Positions 38,320 through 52,309 of a stretch of 64,000 nt of DNA are shown here, in pieces (position 1 is the stretch's first letter; every line of letters starts with the position of its first letter). The DNA lies in assembly GCF_024502345.1 (NCBI RefSeq), contig NZ_JALDNN010000001.1; one strand, given 5' to 3'. Made by a program: the position numbers and the translations under genes. The notes below the pieces were generated by a model. It saw only the letters and a program-made list of their open reading frames with translations. It was not told the DNA's origin and searched no databases. This DNA comes from Escherichia coli. Lineage in GTDB: Bacteria; Pseudomonadota; Gammaproteobacteria; Enterobacterales; Enterobacteriaceae.

Positions 38320-39540
38320 TTAGCTCAAGGTATGGGTTACTTCCTGAATTTTGTCACCATCCAGCTCATGTTCAAAGCTGCGCAGACGTTTGTAGATAGA
38401 CATCAACTCAACCAGTGTGGTCCATGAGTTAATCAGGTACTGGAAAGCACCGCGAACCTGACCAAAAACGTTGGTAATCTGCGTCATCAGGCCGAGCGTA
38501 ATCGTACCGGCAACAATTGACGGAAACAGCAAGAACAAACCGAAAACGTTATCGACCTGCAAATAGAGAATGCGGGCGATGTTGAAATACATATAGTGAA
38601 AATAGAGGCGAAAATAGTTTTTCCGTACGGCGCTAAACAGCTCGCGTACCGTAGGCGGCGTCGCGCGCGTGGCATCGTCTTCACCATAAACCAGCTCTTT
38701 ACGGTAGGCGGCCTCTACTCGCTGGTTTTTAAACTCCAGCCCCGGCAGTTTGATCCCTACCACTGCCAGCAATCCGGTCCCCATCAGCGACCAGACGATA
38801 GCGGCAATCACCAGACCATACGGAATGTGCCCGATAATCGGCAGCTCCGGCACATGCGCGGAGAGCGTTACCAGCACCGGCAGGAAGGCGATCAACGTCA
38901 TGATGGCGTTGATAAAACTGACGCCCATATTCTCCAGCGTTGAAGCAAAACGCATGGTGTCTTCCTGCACACGCTGTGCGGCACCTTCGATATGACGCAG
39001 TTGTTGCCAGTTCGCCATGTAATATTCGTTCATCGCCGTACGCCAGCGGAACACATAGTGACTGACAAAGAAGTTGTTCAGTACACTGATCACCACCGCG
39101 ATCAGCGCAATCCCCAGAAAGACGCCCACTTCGCGGTAAAATTGTTCGATAGTGACTTTATGCGGCGAACTTAGCGCGGTTTGAATCAGATCATAGAACG
39201 GTGCATACCAGGCGTTGACGGCGACCCCGACTTCCACCAAAAACCAGGTGACGAAGATGATCAGTGCAGTACCGAGTATTGACCAGTATTGCCAACGGTG
39301 CGGGCTGTAGATAAACCAGAAAAATGCAAAAAGTCCTACGCAAACAATGTAGTAAGCGTAAAAAATCAGGAAATCCAACGACCAGAAACGCGCGGCGCTA
39401 ATCGGGATCTGCCCGGAAGCGCCGGTGATACGCGCCACCCAGTCACCCCCACCGGCTTGCCAGAAGATAACGGCAATCAATGCCCAAACAAAGGCCGAGA
39501 GAAAAAACGCTCCCGGCTTTGGGAAAAAAGACTTAAACAT
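38320..39540 (-). CDS. sbmA: peptide antibiotic transporter SbmA
   Basis: Track ORF 38320..39546 (MHMFKSFF...); second Met gives the 406 aa [24 protein letters not shown]... multi-TM protein. Confidence 0.9.
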   Translation of the reverse strand: MFKSFFPKPGAFFLSAFVWALIAVIFWQAGGGDWVARITGASGQIPISAARFWSLDFLIFYAYYIVCVGLFAFFWFIYSPHRWQYWSILGTALIIFVTWFLVEVGVAVNAWYAPFYDLIQTALSSPHKVTIEQFYREVGVFLGIALIAVVISVLNNFFVSHYVFRWRTAMNEYYMANWQQLRHIEGAAQRVQEDTMRFASTLENMGVSFINAIMTLIAFLPVLVTLSAHVPELPIIGHIPYGLVIAAIVWSLMGTGLLAVVGIKLPGLEFKNQRVEAAYRKELVYGEDDATRATPPTVRELFSAVRKNYFRLYFHYMYFNIARILYLQVDNVFGLFLLFPSIVAGTITLGLMTQITNVFGQVRGAFQYLINSWTTLVELMSIYKRLRSFEHELDGDKIQEVTHTLS

Positions 39541-39891
39541 ATGCACTCCTGCTAACTTCTTATCGTTTTAACAACTGCTGTGTATTAACCGCATGACCAC
39601 TACAAAGCGTCAGCCAAATGAAACCGCCCATTGTGACCCATAGCAAGGCGCTTAGTTCGCCAGCCTGACCATAAGAATTGTTTCGACGGATTTCACAAAC
39701 CAAAGATTGTTTACATAAGCGGATTAACACGCGCAGGATCACAAATGCAGGCATTGGTGAGCAGGAAAAAGATCGTGTTTACGCGCCGTTACGTTTTTAA
39801 CACTATTATTGCACTAATTCGCCCTTTGCAATCCATCAATGAGTAGTATAAATACGCTCAGTTACCTTCATTCAATCTATGGACACCACCG

Positions 39892-41049
39892 TTGAAACGT
39901 AGTCTGCTTTTTTCTGCCGTGCTGTGTGCGGCGTCATTGACCTCCGTCCATGCGGCGCAGCCGATCACTGAACCGGAGTTTGCCTCTGATATTGTCGATC
40001 GTTATGCCGATCATATTTTTTACGGCAGCGGTGCCACGGGGATGGCGCTGGTTGTTATCGACGGTAACCAGCGCGTCTTTCGTAGTTATGGCGAAACGCG
40101 ACCTGGTAATAACGTTCGCCCGCAGCTGGATTCGGTCGTGCGTATTGCTTCCCTCACCAAACTAATGACCAGTGAAATGCTGGTGAAATTGCTCGACCAG
40201 GGGACCGTAAAGTTAAACGACCCGCTAAGTAAATATGCTCCGCCAGGCGCACGCGTGCCGACCTACAATGGGACGCCCATTACCCTAGTGAATCTGGCAA
40301 CCCATACCAGCGCCCTGCCCCGTGAACAGCCCGGTGGCGCGGCACATCGTCCGGTGTTTGTCTGGCCAACGCGCGAGCAACGCTGGAAATACCTTTCTAC
40401 GGCGAAGCTGAAAGCCGCGCCAGGCAGTCAGGCGGCGTACTCTAACCTTGCGTTCGACCTGCTGGCAGATGCACTGGCGAATGCGTCCGGCAAGCCTTAT
40501 ACCCAGTTGTTTGAAGAGCAGATTACCCGTCCATTGGGGATGAAAGACACCACCTACACCCCCTCACCGGATCAGTGCCGCCGTTTAATGGTTGCTGAGC
40601 GCGGTGCCAGTCCGTGCAATAACACGCTGGCGGCAATTGGCAGCGGCGGCGTCTATTCCACGCCTGGCGATATGATGCGCTGGATGCAGCAGTATTTGTC
40701 ATCTGATTTTTATCAGCGCAGTAACCAGGCAGATCGCATGCAGACGTTGATTTATCAGCGCGCGCAGTTTACCAAAGTGATTGGCATGGATGTCCCCGGC
40801 AAAGCGGATGCGCTTGGTTTAGGCTGGGTATATATGGCCCCGAAAGAGGGGCGTCCGGGGATTATTCAGAAGACAGGCGGTGGTGGCGGTTTCATTACCT
40901 ATATGGCGATGATCCCGCAGAAGAATATTGGCGCGTTTGTGGTGGTCACTCGTTCGCCGTCGACGCGCTTTAAAAATATGAGCGATGGCATCAATGACCT
41001 GGTGACCGAGCTAAGCGGGAATAAACCGTTGGTTATCCCCGCATCCTGA
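39892..41049 (+). CDS. ampH: D-alanyl-D-alanine carboxypeptidase/endopeptidase AmpH
   Basis: Track ORF 385 aa; signal peptide; serine beta-lactamase-like SxxK motif (ASLTK). Confidence 0.9.
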   Translation: MKRSLLFSAVLCAASLTSVHAAQPITEPEFASDIVDRYADHIFYGSGATGMALVVIDGNQRVFRSYGETRPGNNVRPQLDSVVRIASLTKLMTSEMLVKLLDQGTVKLNDPLSKYAPPGARVPTYNGTPITLVNLATHTSALPREQPGGAAHRPVFVWPTREQRWKYLSTAKLKAAPGSQAAYSNLAFDLLADALANASGKPYTQLFEEQITRPLGMKDTTYTPSPDQCRRLMVAERGASPCNNTLAAIGSGGVYSTPGDMMRWMQQYLSSDFYQRSNQADRMQTLIYQRAQFTKVIGMDVPGKADALGLGWVYMAPKEGRPGIIQKTGGGGGFITYMAMIPQKNIGAFVVVTRSPSTRFKNMSDGINDLVTELSGNKPLVIPAS

Positions 41050-41738
<689 letters not shown>

Positions 41739-41739
41739 T

Positions 41740-44743
<3,004 letters not shown>

Positions 44744-45268
44744 TTGTCATCCCTCCTCAGGGACATAATAAGTTGATCCATCAATTATCAATGCATAGAA
44801 AACATATTATGTTTCGCGTTGACGATTATGCGGCGTTATAGAGGAATGGTTCAATTATTCTTTCCCCTAAGTCCGATTGCGGACATATATAAAGCACGTG
44901 AACACACACACAGAAATAAATAACAAAAACACAATATTTCAATACGTTAATGAAAGCGTTAATTTTAAAACATAGACCATGAAAATATAAAACAACTAAA
45001 ACAGACAAATAATGTATCAATAAGCAATGAACTTTAAGTTATTCACTTTTTGAAAACGTCACCAAATCCCCAAAAACAATAATCTATGGCTATAAATAAA
45101 AATTAAAAATATTTTCAGTGAATATGAAATTATTGCTATTTCTATTACAAAGATGTCCTGGTCTCTCTTTCATTCTCTTCTTGTCAACATCACGACAACT
45201 TTCGTAAAACACTCCTGCCCCGCTTCAGGTATACTGTGCACCTTAATTCCACAAACATCAGGCAGACC

Positions 45269-46243
45269 ATGACAGACTTAATCCAACGCCCTCGTCGCCT
45301 GCGCAAATCTCCTGCGCTGCGCGCTATGTTTGAAGAGACAACACTTAGCCTTAACGACCTGGTGTTGCCGATCTTTGTTGAAGAAGAAATTGACGACTAC
45401 AAAGCCGTTGAAGCCATGCCAGGCGTGATGCGCATTCCAGAGAAACATCTGGCACGCGAAATTGAACGCATCGCCAACGCCGGTATTCGTTCCGTGATGA
45501 CTTTTGGCATCTCTCACCATACCGATGAAACCGGCAGCGATGCCTGGCGGGAAGATGGACTGGTGGCGCGTATGTCGCGCATCTGCAAGCAGACAGTGCC
45601 AGAAATGATTGTTATGTCAGACACCTGTTTCTGTGAATACACTTCTCACGGTCACTGCGGTGTGCTGTGCGAGCATGGCGTCGACAACGACGCGACTCTG
45701 GAAAATTTAGGCAAGCAAGCCGTGGTTGCAGCTGCTGCAGGTGCAGACTTCATCGCCCCTTCCGCCGCGATGGATGGCCAGGTACAGGCGATTCGCCAGG
45801 CGCTGGACGCTGCTGGCTTTAAAGATACGGCGATTATGTCGTATTCGACCAAGTTCGCCTCCTCCTTTTATGGTCCGTTCCGTGAAGCTGCCGGAAGCGC
45901 ATTAAAAGGCGACCGCAAAAGCTATCAGATGAACCCAATGAACCGTCGTGAGGCGATTCGTGAGTCACTGCTGGATGAAGCCCAGGGCGCAGACTGCCTG
46001 ATGGTTAAACCTGCTGGAGCGTACCTCGACATCGTGCGTGAGCTGCGTGAACGTACTGAATTGCCGATTGGCGCGTATCAGGTGAGCGGTGAGTACGCGT
46101 TGATTAAGTTCGCCGCGCTGGCGGGTGCTATAGATGAAGAGAAAGTGGTGCTCGAAAGCTTAGGTTCGATTAAGCGTGCGGGTGCGGATCTGATTTTCAG
46201 CTACTTTGCGCTGGATTTGGCTGAGAAGAAGATTCTGCGTTAA
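45269..46243 (+). CDS. hemB: porphobilinogen synthase (delta-aminolevulinic acid dehydratase)
   Basis: Track ORF 45236..46243; recognised N-terminus [28 protein letters not shown] at 45269 gives 324 aa. Confidence 0.95.
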   Translation: MTDLIQRPRRLRKSPALRAMFEETTLSLNDLVLPIFVEEEIDDYKAVEAMPGVMRIPEKHLAREIERIANAGIRSVMTFGISHHTDETGSDAWREDGLVARMSRICKQTVPEMIVMSDTCFCEYTSHGHCGVLCEHGVDNDATLENLGKQAVVAAAAGADFIAPSAAMDGQVQAIRQALDAAGFKDTAIMSYSTKFASSFYGPFREAAGSALKGDRKSYQMNPMNRREAIRESLLDEAQGADCLMVKPAGAYLDIVRELRERTELPIGAYQVSGEYALIKFAALAGAIDEEKVVLESLGSIKRAGADLIFSYFALDLAEKKILR

Positions 46244-46293
46244 TTTTGTTTCCTCTCAGAAAGGGGGAGTTAACCTGTTGAAAGTACGGTGAA

Positions 46294-46334
46294 CGCCCCC
46301 TCACCCTAACCCTCTCCCCAAGGGGGCGAGGGGA
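46294..46334. repeat. GC-rich palindromic intergenic element / probable bidirectional terminator
   Basis: CGCCCCCTCACCCTAACCCTCTCCCCAAGGGGGCGAGGGG; CGCCCCC pairs with GGGGGCG; between convergent hemB and tauD. Confidence 0.5.
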
Positions 46335-46349
46335 CCGTCCACTCTCGTA

Positions 46350-47201
46350 TTACCCCGCCCGATAAAACGGTTTATCCCCAAGAATCGTCGCCCGATGCAT
46401 TATCCGTCGCTGTGGCAGGTAATCGGCATTGGCATAGTGCTGGGTCACGCGGTTATCCCAAATCGCAATATCATTTGGTTGCCAGCGCCAGCGCACCTGA
46501 AACTCCGGTTTGGTGATATGGGCAAACAAAAAACTTAACAAGGCTTCGCTCTCTTTCTCGCTCACATCAACAATTCGCGTAGTAAAGCCTTCATTCACAA
46601 ACAGCGCCTGTTTACCGCTCACCGGATGCGTTCGCACCACCGGATGTAGCAACGGCGGGTTTTTCGCGACCGCCTCGCGCCAGCGTTGATGTTCCTCCTC
46701 GGTTTTGCGGTATTTGTATTCCGGGAACGATTTACGAAAATCATGCTCCGCACGCAGCCCGCTCAGCAGCTGGCGGAAGGGAACAGAGAGCGCCTCATAG
46801 GCCGCAATACCGCTGGTCCAGAGCGTATCGCCGCCGGTCGAAGGTAACTCTTTCGCTGCCAGAATCGCCCCTGCGGGTGGCGTTTCAATAAATGTCACAT
46901 CGGTATGCCAGTTGTCGTTATCCGGCGGATTATCGTTATGGGTATCCAGCACGATGATCTCGTCAACCCCTTCAGCATGAGGGTAAACAGGGTGAATATG
47001 CAGTTCGCCAAAACGCTGGGCCAGCGCGCGTTGCTGCAGCGGCGTAATGGCTTGATCGCGCAGAAACACCACCTGATGGCGCAGTACCGCATGGTAAAGT
47101 TGTTCAAACTGATTATCGCTTAACGGGCGCGTCAGGTCGGCACCCGAAATTTGTGCTCCGATATACGGCCCCAGCGGGGTAATGCTCAGACGTTCACTCA
47201 T
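46350..47201 (-). CDS. tauD: taurine dioxygenase (alpha-ketoglutarate dependent)
   Basis: Track ORF 283 aa, [39 protein letters not shown]... Confidence 0.95.
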   Translation of the reverse strand: MSERLSITPLGPYIGAQISGADLTRPLSDNQFEQLYHAVLRHQVVFLRDQAITPLQQRALAQRFGELHIHPVYPHAEGVDEIIVLDTHNDNPPDNDNWHTDVTFIETPPAGAILAAKELPSTGGDTLWTSGIAAYEALSVPFRQLLSGLRAEHDFRKSFPEYKYRKTEEEHQRWREAVAKNPPLLHPVVRTHPVSGKQALFVNEGFTTRIVDVSEKESEALLSFLFAHITKPEFQVRWRWQPNDIAIWDNRVTQHYANADYLPQRRIMHRATILGDKPFYRAG

Positions 47202-48025
47202 TGTACTTCTCCATGCCAGGGCGTCAGTCGGCGCTGTAACGCGCGCAAACCCAGTTCTAAAAGAAAGGCGATAATCGCAATCACCGCGATCCCCGCCAGC
47301 ACCACGTCAGTCGCGAGAAATTCACCCGCTGACTGAACCATAAATCCTAAACCGCGCGTCGCGGCAATCAGCTCCGCCGCTACCAGGGTAGACCAGCCCA
47401 CCCCCAGACCAATGCGTAATCCGGTGAGGATTTCCGGCAGCGCGCCGGGCAAAATGACAAACCACAGCACCTGCGCACGGCTGGCACCCAGCGACTGGGC
47501 GGCACGAATGCGAACCTGCTGCGCGCTTTTCACCCCTGCCAGCGCCGACATCGCCACCGGTGCAAAAATCGCTAAATAGATCAGTAAGATCTTCGAGGTT
47601 TCGCCAATACCAAACCAGATCACCATCAGTGGTAAATAAGCCAGCGGCGGCACCGGACGATAAAGTTCGATTACCGGATCCAGAATGCCGCGCACCGTCG
47701 GGCTTAGCCCCATGGCGATCCCGACCGGAATGCCGATCAACACCGCCGCGAGTAGCGCCAGCACAATGCGCGTCAGGCTGGCTGCCAGATGCTGCCACAG
47801 CGTGGCGTCCATAAATCCCTGCGGTCCGGCAATGGTGAGCAGTTTTGCCAGTACTTGTTGCGGCGGCGGCAAAAACAGCGGGCTAATCAGTTGCAGCGCC
47901 GCCACCGTCCACCATACAGTGAGTAAAACCGCTAACGTGCCAATGCTTAAGGTCACCTGACGCGAGAGCGGCCAGCGCCATTTCAGCCGCCGCGAATGCA
48001 GTTTTTCATTAATGAGCACACTCAT
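47198..48025 (-). CDS. tauC: taurine ABC transporter permease
   Basis: Track ORF 275 aa; ABC permease; start overlaps the tauB stop. Confidence 0.9.
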   Translation of the reverse strand: MSVLINEKLHSRRLKWRWPLSRQVTLSIGTLAVLLTVWWTVAALQLISPLFLPPPQQVLAKLLTIAGPQGFMDATLWQHLAASLTRIVLALLAAVLIGIPVGIAMGLSPTVRGILDPVIELYRPVPPLAYLPLMVIWFGIGETSKILLIYLAIFAPVAMSALAGVKSAQQVRIRAAQSLGASRAQVLWFVILPGALPEILTGLRIGLGVGWSTLVAAELIAATRGLGFMVQSAGEFLATDVVLAGIAVIAIIAFLLELGLRALQRRLTPWHGEVQ

Positions 48026-48789
48026 GAGAACGCCTCCCGTTGCTCAAATACGCGGCTTAAAACATATTCGCGCATGGCGATGAATTGTGGATCGGACTTG
48101 ATGCTGCGGCTCGACTCTCCCGCAACAAAGCGGCGAGCAAAGTTGAGCTGCAGCCGCTCCAGCACACGGCCAGGACCGGATGAAAGCAGAACCAGTTCAG
48201 TCGCCATAAACACCGCTTCTTCTATATCGTGGGTAATCAACAGCACCTGCTTGCCCGTCTCCTGCCAGAGTTTCAGCAGCAGGGTTTGCATCTGGTCGCG
48301 GGTGAAGGCGTCCAGCGCACCAAACGGTTCGTCGAGTAATAACAGCTGGGGATTCGCCGCCAGCGCGCGGGCAATCCCCACCCGCTGACGTTGACCACCG
48401 GAAAGCTGCCAGATGTAGCGTTTTTCTGCGCCTTCCAGCCCCACTTTTTTCAGCATCTGGTGCGCGATTTCCAGTCGCTGCATTTTCTCTATACCTGCCA
48501 ATTGCAGGCCGAACGCCACGTTGTCCTGTACATTGCGCCACAGTAGTAGCCCTTCATTCTGAAAAACTACGCCACGCTCTGCTCCCGGTCCCTCAATACG
48601 CTTACCCGCCAGTTGAATGCTGCCATGCTGATAAGGCACAAAACCGGCAATCAGATTCAGCAGGGTGGTTTTACCGCAGCCGGACGGCCCCAGCACCACC
48701 AGTAGCTCGCCGCTTTCCAGCGTCAGGTTGATATCTTCCAGTGCCGGTTTGCCGCCATAATCGGCGTAAAGATGAGAGATTTGCAGCAT
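48022..48789 (-). CDS. tauB: taurine ABC transporter ATP-binding protein
   Basis: Track ORF 255 aa; Walker [10 protein letters not shown], signature LSGGQRQRV. Confidence 0.95.
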   Translation of the reverse strand: MLQISHLYADYGGKPALEDINLTLESGELLVVLGPSGCGKTTLLNLIAGFVPYQHGSIQLAGKRIEGPGAERGVVFQNEGLLLWRNVQDNVAFGLQLAGIEKMQRLEIAHQMLKKVGLEGAEKRYIWQLSGGQRQRVGIARALAANPQLLLLDEPFGALDAFTRDQMQTLLLKLWQETGKQVLLITHDIEEAVFMATELVLLSSGPGRVLERLQLNFARRFVAGESSRSIKSDPQFIAMREYVLSRVFEQREAFS

Positions 48790-48801
48790 CTGCGCCTCCT
48801 T

Positions 48802-49764
48802 TTATTGCACGAAGCGCGAGGTAACGTACTGGCTGTAATCATTCGCTACAGCCGGGACCTTGCCCTGCTCTTTCAAAAACTGCGCGGTGTCGATGATCGC
48901 TTTGTTCACCGGTCCGGTCAGTTCTGCCGTTTGTTGCTGCGGCGTCAGATAGGTATTCCCCTTCACCAGCCCCGGAACGTCACCTTCAGGCACGCCGCTT
49001 AAACGCGCCAGTTTGCTGATGTTTTCCGGCTGTTTCAGCCACGCGTCTGGGTTAGCAATGTACGGTTGCTGAGCATCGATGGCGCTTTTGGCGAACGCTT
49101 TCACGACCTCAGGATGTTTCTCGGCAAAATCTTTGCGCACCACCCAGACGTCCAGCGTTGGCGCACCCCACTGCCCGACCTGTTCAGAATCGGTCAGCAC
49201 CTTGCCGTCTTTTTCCAGGGCGTTAACCGCCGGTGCCCAGACATAAGCACCATCAATATCTCCCCGCTGCCAGGCAGCGATAATCGCGGGCGGCTGCAGG
49301 TTCACAATCTCCACTTGCCCGGGTTTAATGCCCCAGTGTTTCAGCGCCGCCAGCAGGCTGTAGTGGGTAGTGGAGATAAACGGTACGGCGATGCGTTTGC
49401 CAATCAGATCTTCGGGTTTGCTGATAGTTTTCTTCACCACCAGCGCTTCGGAGTTACCCAGTTTTGACGCCAGCAAGAAGACTTCAATCGGCACCTGTTG
49501 GCTGGCTGCAACCGCTAATGGGCTGGAACCGAGGTTGCCGATTTGCACGTCGCCAGAAGCCAGCGCCCGCACGATGCTGGCTCCGCTGTCAAACTTACGC
49601 CAGTCCACGGTTGCTCCGCTTTCTTTAGCAAAGGTGTTGTCGGCCTGAGCCACTTTCGCCGGTTCGGCTGAGGTTTGATACGCCACGGTGACGTTCACCG
49701 CCTGCGCCTGAAAAGCGATGAATGCCAGTGCGGCAAGAAGAGTGTTACGCGATGAAATTGCCAT
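48802..49764 (-). CDS. tauA: taurine ABC transporter periplasmic binding protein
   Basis: Track ORF 320 aa; signal peptide MAISSRNTLLAALAFIAFQAQA. Confidence 0.95.
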   Translation of the reverse strand: MAISSRNTLLAALAFIAFQAQAVNVTVAYQTSAEPAKVAQADNTFAKESGATVDWRKFDSGASIVRALASGDVQIGNLGSSPLAVAASQQVPIEVFLLASKLGNSEALVVKKTISKPEDLIGKRIAVPFISTTHYSLLAALKHWGIKPGQVEIVNLQPPAIIAAWQRGDIDGAYVWAPAVNALEKDGKVLTDSEQVGQWGAPTLDVWVVRKDFAEKHPEVVKAFAKSAIDAQQPYIANPDAWLKQPENISKLARLSGVPEGDVPGLVKGNTYLTPQQQTAELTGPVNKAIIDTAQFLKEQGKVPAVANDYSQYVTSRFVQ

Positions 49765-50066
49765 GATTGTCTGCTCCCCTGTCTTGTTATGGGAGCAGTA
49801 TTTCGTTGCGGGTCAGTTTGATAAAGGAATTAAAAGGTCTTGTTAAGAACAAAGCGTTTTTAGAAAAAAATCGGCAATGGTTAGCGAGTTTGCGCATTTT
49901 GCGGTTTTGGCGAACGTATCCCGCCGGTTCACAAGCCAGATAAGATGTGCGCGCTCCGGCAAATTATTGCCATTTTGTTACATCCATTCCATATCTGTCG
50001 CTGGTTGATTGCCAGCGCCGCGCCGTGATGCATGATAGGAGAATTAGATAATAAGAGAAGAAAAGT

Positions 50067-50696
50067 ATGATTCGGGTAGTGCTGGTGGATGACCATGTGG
50101 TGGTGCGCTCTGGCTTCGCACAATTACTCTCTCTGGAAGACGATCTGGAGGTCATTGGTCAGTACAGTAGTGCCGCGCAGGCATGGTCGGCATTAATCCG
50201 TGATGACGTCAATGTTGCCGTCATTGATATTGCCATGCCGGACGAAAACGGCCTCAGTTTGCTTAAGCGCCTGCGTGCACAAAAACCGCAATTTCGCGCC
50301 ATTATTCTTAGCATTTATGACGCGCCAACCTTTGTGCAAAGCGCGCTGGATGCCGGTGCCAGCGGGTATTTAACCAAACGCTGTGGGCCGGAAGAGTTAG
50401 TACAGGCGGTGCGCTCGGTCGGGCTGGGCGGGCATTATCTCTGTGCCGATGCGATTCGGGCTTTACGCGGCGGCGGGCAACCCGCCCAGGCGCTGGAAAT
50501 TCTCACCCCACGAGAACGTGAAGTGTTTGATTTACTGGTCAAAGGAGACAGCGTTAAAGAGATCGCCTTTAAACTCGAACTCAGTCATAAAACGGTACAT
50601 GTGCATCGCGCCAATGTGCTGGGAAAACTGAACTGCCATAGCACCATTGAACTGGTACATTTTGCGCTCGACCACCATCTGCTGGCGGGGCATTAA
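50067..50696 (+). CDS. UhpA-like response regulator (NarL/FixJ family, LuxR-type HTH)
   Basis: Track ORF 209 aa, MIRVVLVDDHVVVRSGFAQLL...; receiver domain with DD..D and C-terminal HTH (KEIAFKLELSHKTVHVHRANVLGKL); aligns along its length with recalled UhpA. Confidence 0.85.
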   Translation: MIRVVLVDDHVVVRSGFAQLLSLEDDLEVIGQYSSAAQAWSALIRDDVNVAVIDIAMPDENGLSLLKRLRAQKPQFRAIILSIYDAPTFVQSALDAGASGYLTKRCGPEELVQAVRSVGLGGHYLCADAIRALRGGGQPAQALEILTPREREVFDLLVKGDSVKEIAFKLELSHKTVHVHRANVLGKLNCHSTIELVHFALDHHLLAGH

Positions 50697-52237
50697 TGTC
50701 GCGCAATCTTCGTCATTGGGTGATTTCGCTGTTTATTGTGCTGGCCTGGGGAACCGGCTGGCTGATGCTGTGGACGCTCAGCTTTTATCTGACCAATAAC
50801 GGTCAACAGGCGGTGTTGTTTCTCCCGCAGGGAGTTTATCTCGCCCTTGTTATTTTGCTCTCTCGCCGCTACTGGCCTGCGTTGGTGCTCCCCCCTTTGC
50901 TGATGATGTTCTGGCTCCATAGTGAACAGCTATTGAACGGTTATCTCATGCTGGCAACGCCGGTTATTAGCCTGTTTCCTGTCCTCCTTGCGCAAAACTT
51001 CTGGCACCGTTTTCCACTTTACTGGCAGCGTCTGACGTTGCTGTTAGCCACTGTCACGGCAGCTTCATTGTTGAATACCGCCCTGCTCTCCCCTTTTATG
51101 TCAGGCCCAATAATGCTGCCGGGTTTGACCTCATTTACCGGCGGCGTATTACTGACGCCGTTTGTCTATCTTATCTTTGAGTTTCTGCGCCAGCAGCATC
51201 GCTACCAGCTCCTGGGACTCGATACGCATAATCCCCCCTTGCGTACCTCTTTAATCATCTGGTGTAGCCTGTTTTTTATTATTGGTATCGGCACTCAGAT
51301 GGTGCTGTCACCTGAAATTGAACGTCTGCTGTTGATCGTGGTCTTTTTGCCCAATGTGGTGATGGCGTGGAAATTTGGCTGGCAAGGTGGCGTACTCTCC
51401 GGGCTTTTGGGCAGCATGATGATCACCATCGCCCGCCAGATTGGCGTGGGCTTTAGTAACCTGGTGGAGCTGGAGATTTTCCTCGCGACCCAGGCCTTGC
51501 TGGGAATTGGCCTGGGCATTGCCATCAGTCGCCAGCAACATCTGGCGCTAAACCTGCACCATTACCGACAACGGCTGGAGGCCGAGCTGGCAGCGCGGCG
51601 GGCATTGGCGGAAAAGCTGATCCACACCGAGGAGGACACGCGAAAAAACCTGGCGCGAGAGCTGCACGACGAAATCGGTCAGAACATCACCGCCATTCAG
51701 ATCCAGTCGCAACTGGTGAAGCGGGCGCGTGATCCGGCGCAAATTCAATCCGCAGCCAGCCAAATCAATGAGCTCGCCCGCCGCATTCATCTCTCCACCC
51801 GCCAATTGCTGCGCCAGTTGCGGCCTCCCGCGCTTGATGAACTGACATTTCGCGAAGCGTTGCTGCATCTGATTAATGAATTTGCCTTTAGTGAACGCGG
51901 CATTCATTGCCAGTTTGCCTATCAACTGAACTCCACACCAGAAAACGAAACGGTGCGCTTTACCTTGTATCGGTTATTGCAGGAGTTGCTCAATAACATC
52001 TGTAAACACGCCGAAGCCAGCGAAGTGACGATTATCCTGCGCCAGCAGGGAGAGGTATTGCATCTGGAAGTCAGCGACAACGGTGTGGGGATCGCCAGCG
52101 GGAAAATGGCCGGATTTGGCATTCAGGGGATGCGTGAGCGCGTCAGCGCCCTGGGCGGCGACTTAACGCTCGAAAAACAGCACGGCACGCGGGTAATTGT
52201 TAACTTGCCCACATTTTTGCAACAAATCGCCGGATAA
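50696..52237 (+). CDS. UhpB-like sensor histidine kinase (MASE1-type membrane domain, HisKA_3, HATPase)
   Basis: Track ORF 513 aa; multiple N-terminal TM helices, H-box ELHDEIGQNITAI, ATP-binding region; start overlaps the stop of the upstream regulator. Confidence 0.85.
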   Translation: MSRNLRHWVISLFIVLAWGTGWLMLWTLSFYLTNNGQQAVLFLPQGVYLALVILLSRRYWPALVLPPLLMMFWLHSEQLLNGYLMLATPVISLFPVLLAQNFWHRFPLYWQRLTLLLATVTAASLLNTALLSPFMSGPIMLPGLTSFTGGVLLTPFVYLIFEFLRQQHRYQLLGLDTHNPPLRTSLIIWCSLFFIIGIGTQMVLSPEIERLLLIVVFLPNVVMAWKFGWQGGVLSGLLGSMMITIARQIGVGFSNLVELEIFLATQALLGIGLGIAISRQQHLALNLHHYRQRLEAELAARRALAEKLIHTEEDTRKNLARELHDEIGQNITAIQIQSQLVKRARDPAQIQSAASQINELARRIHLSTRQLLRQLRPPALDELTFREALLHLINEFAFSERGIHCQFAYQLNSTPENETVRFTLYRLLQELLNNICKHAEASEVTIILRQQGEVLHLEVSDNGVGIASGKMAGFGIQGMRERVSALGGDLTLEKQHGTRVIVNLPTFLQQIAG

Positions 52238-52309
52238 CCAGGAAAAAGTCTTAGGTATCCCGGATTTTCTCTCATCCCCTTTCACTTTCATTTTCATATA
52301 GTCAGCAAC

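Noticed and set aside
39560-39754. 64-aa minus-strand ORF in the sbmA-ampH intergenic region
   Set aside because: No recognisable motif; lies in the sbmA promoter region; could be checked by ribosome profiling but not supportable from sequence alone
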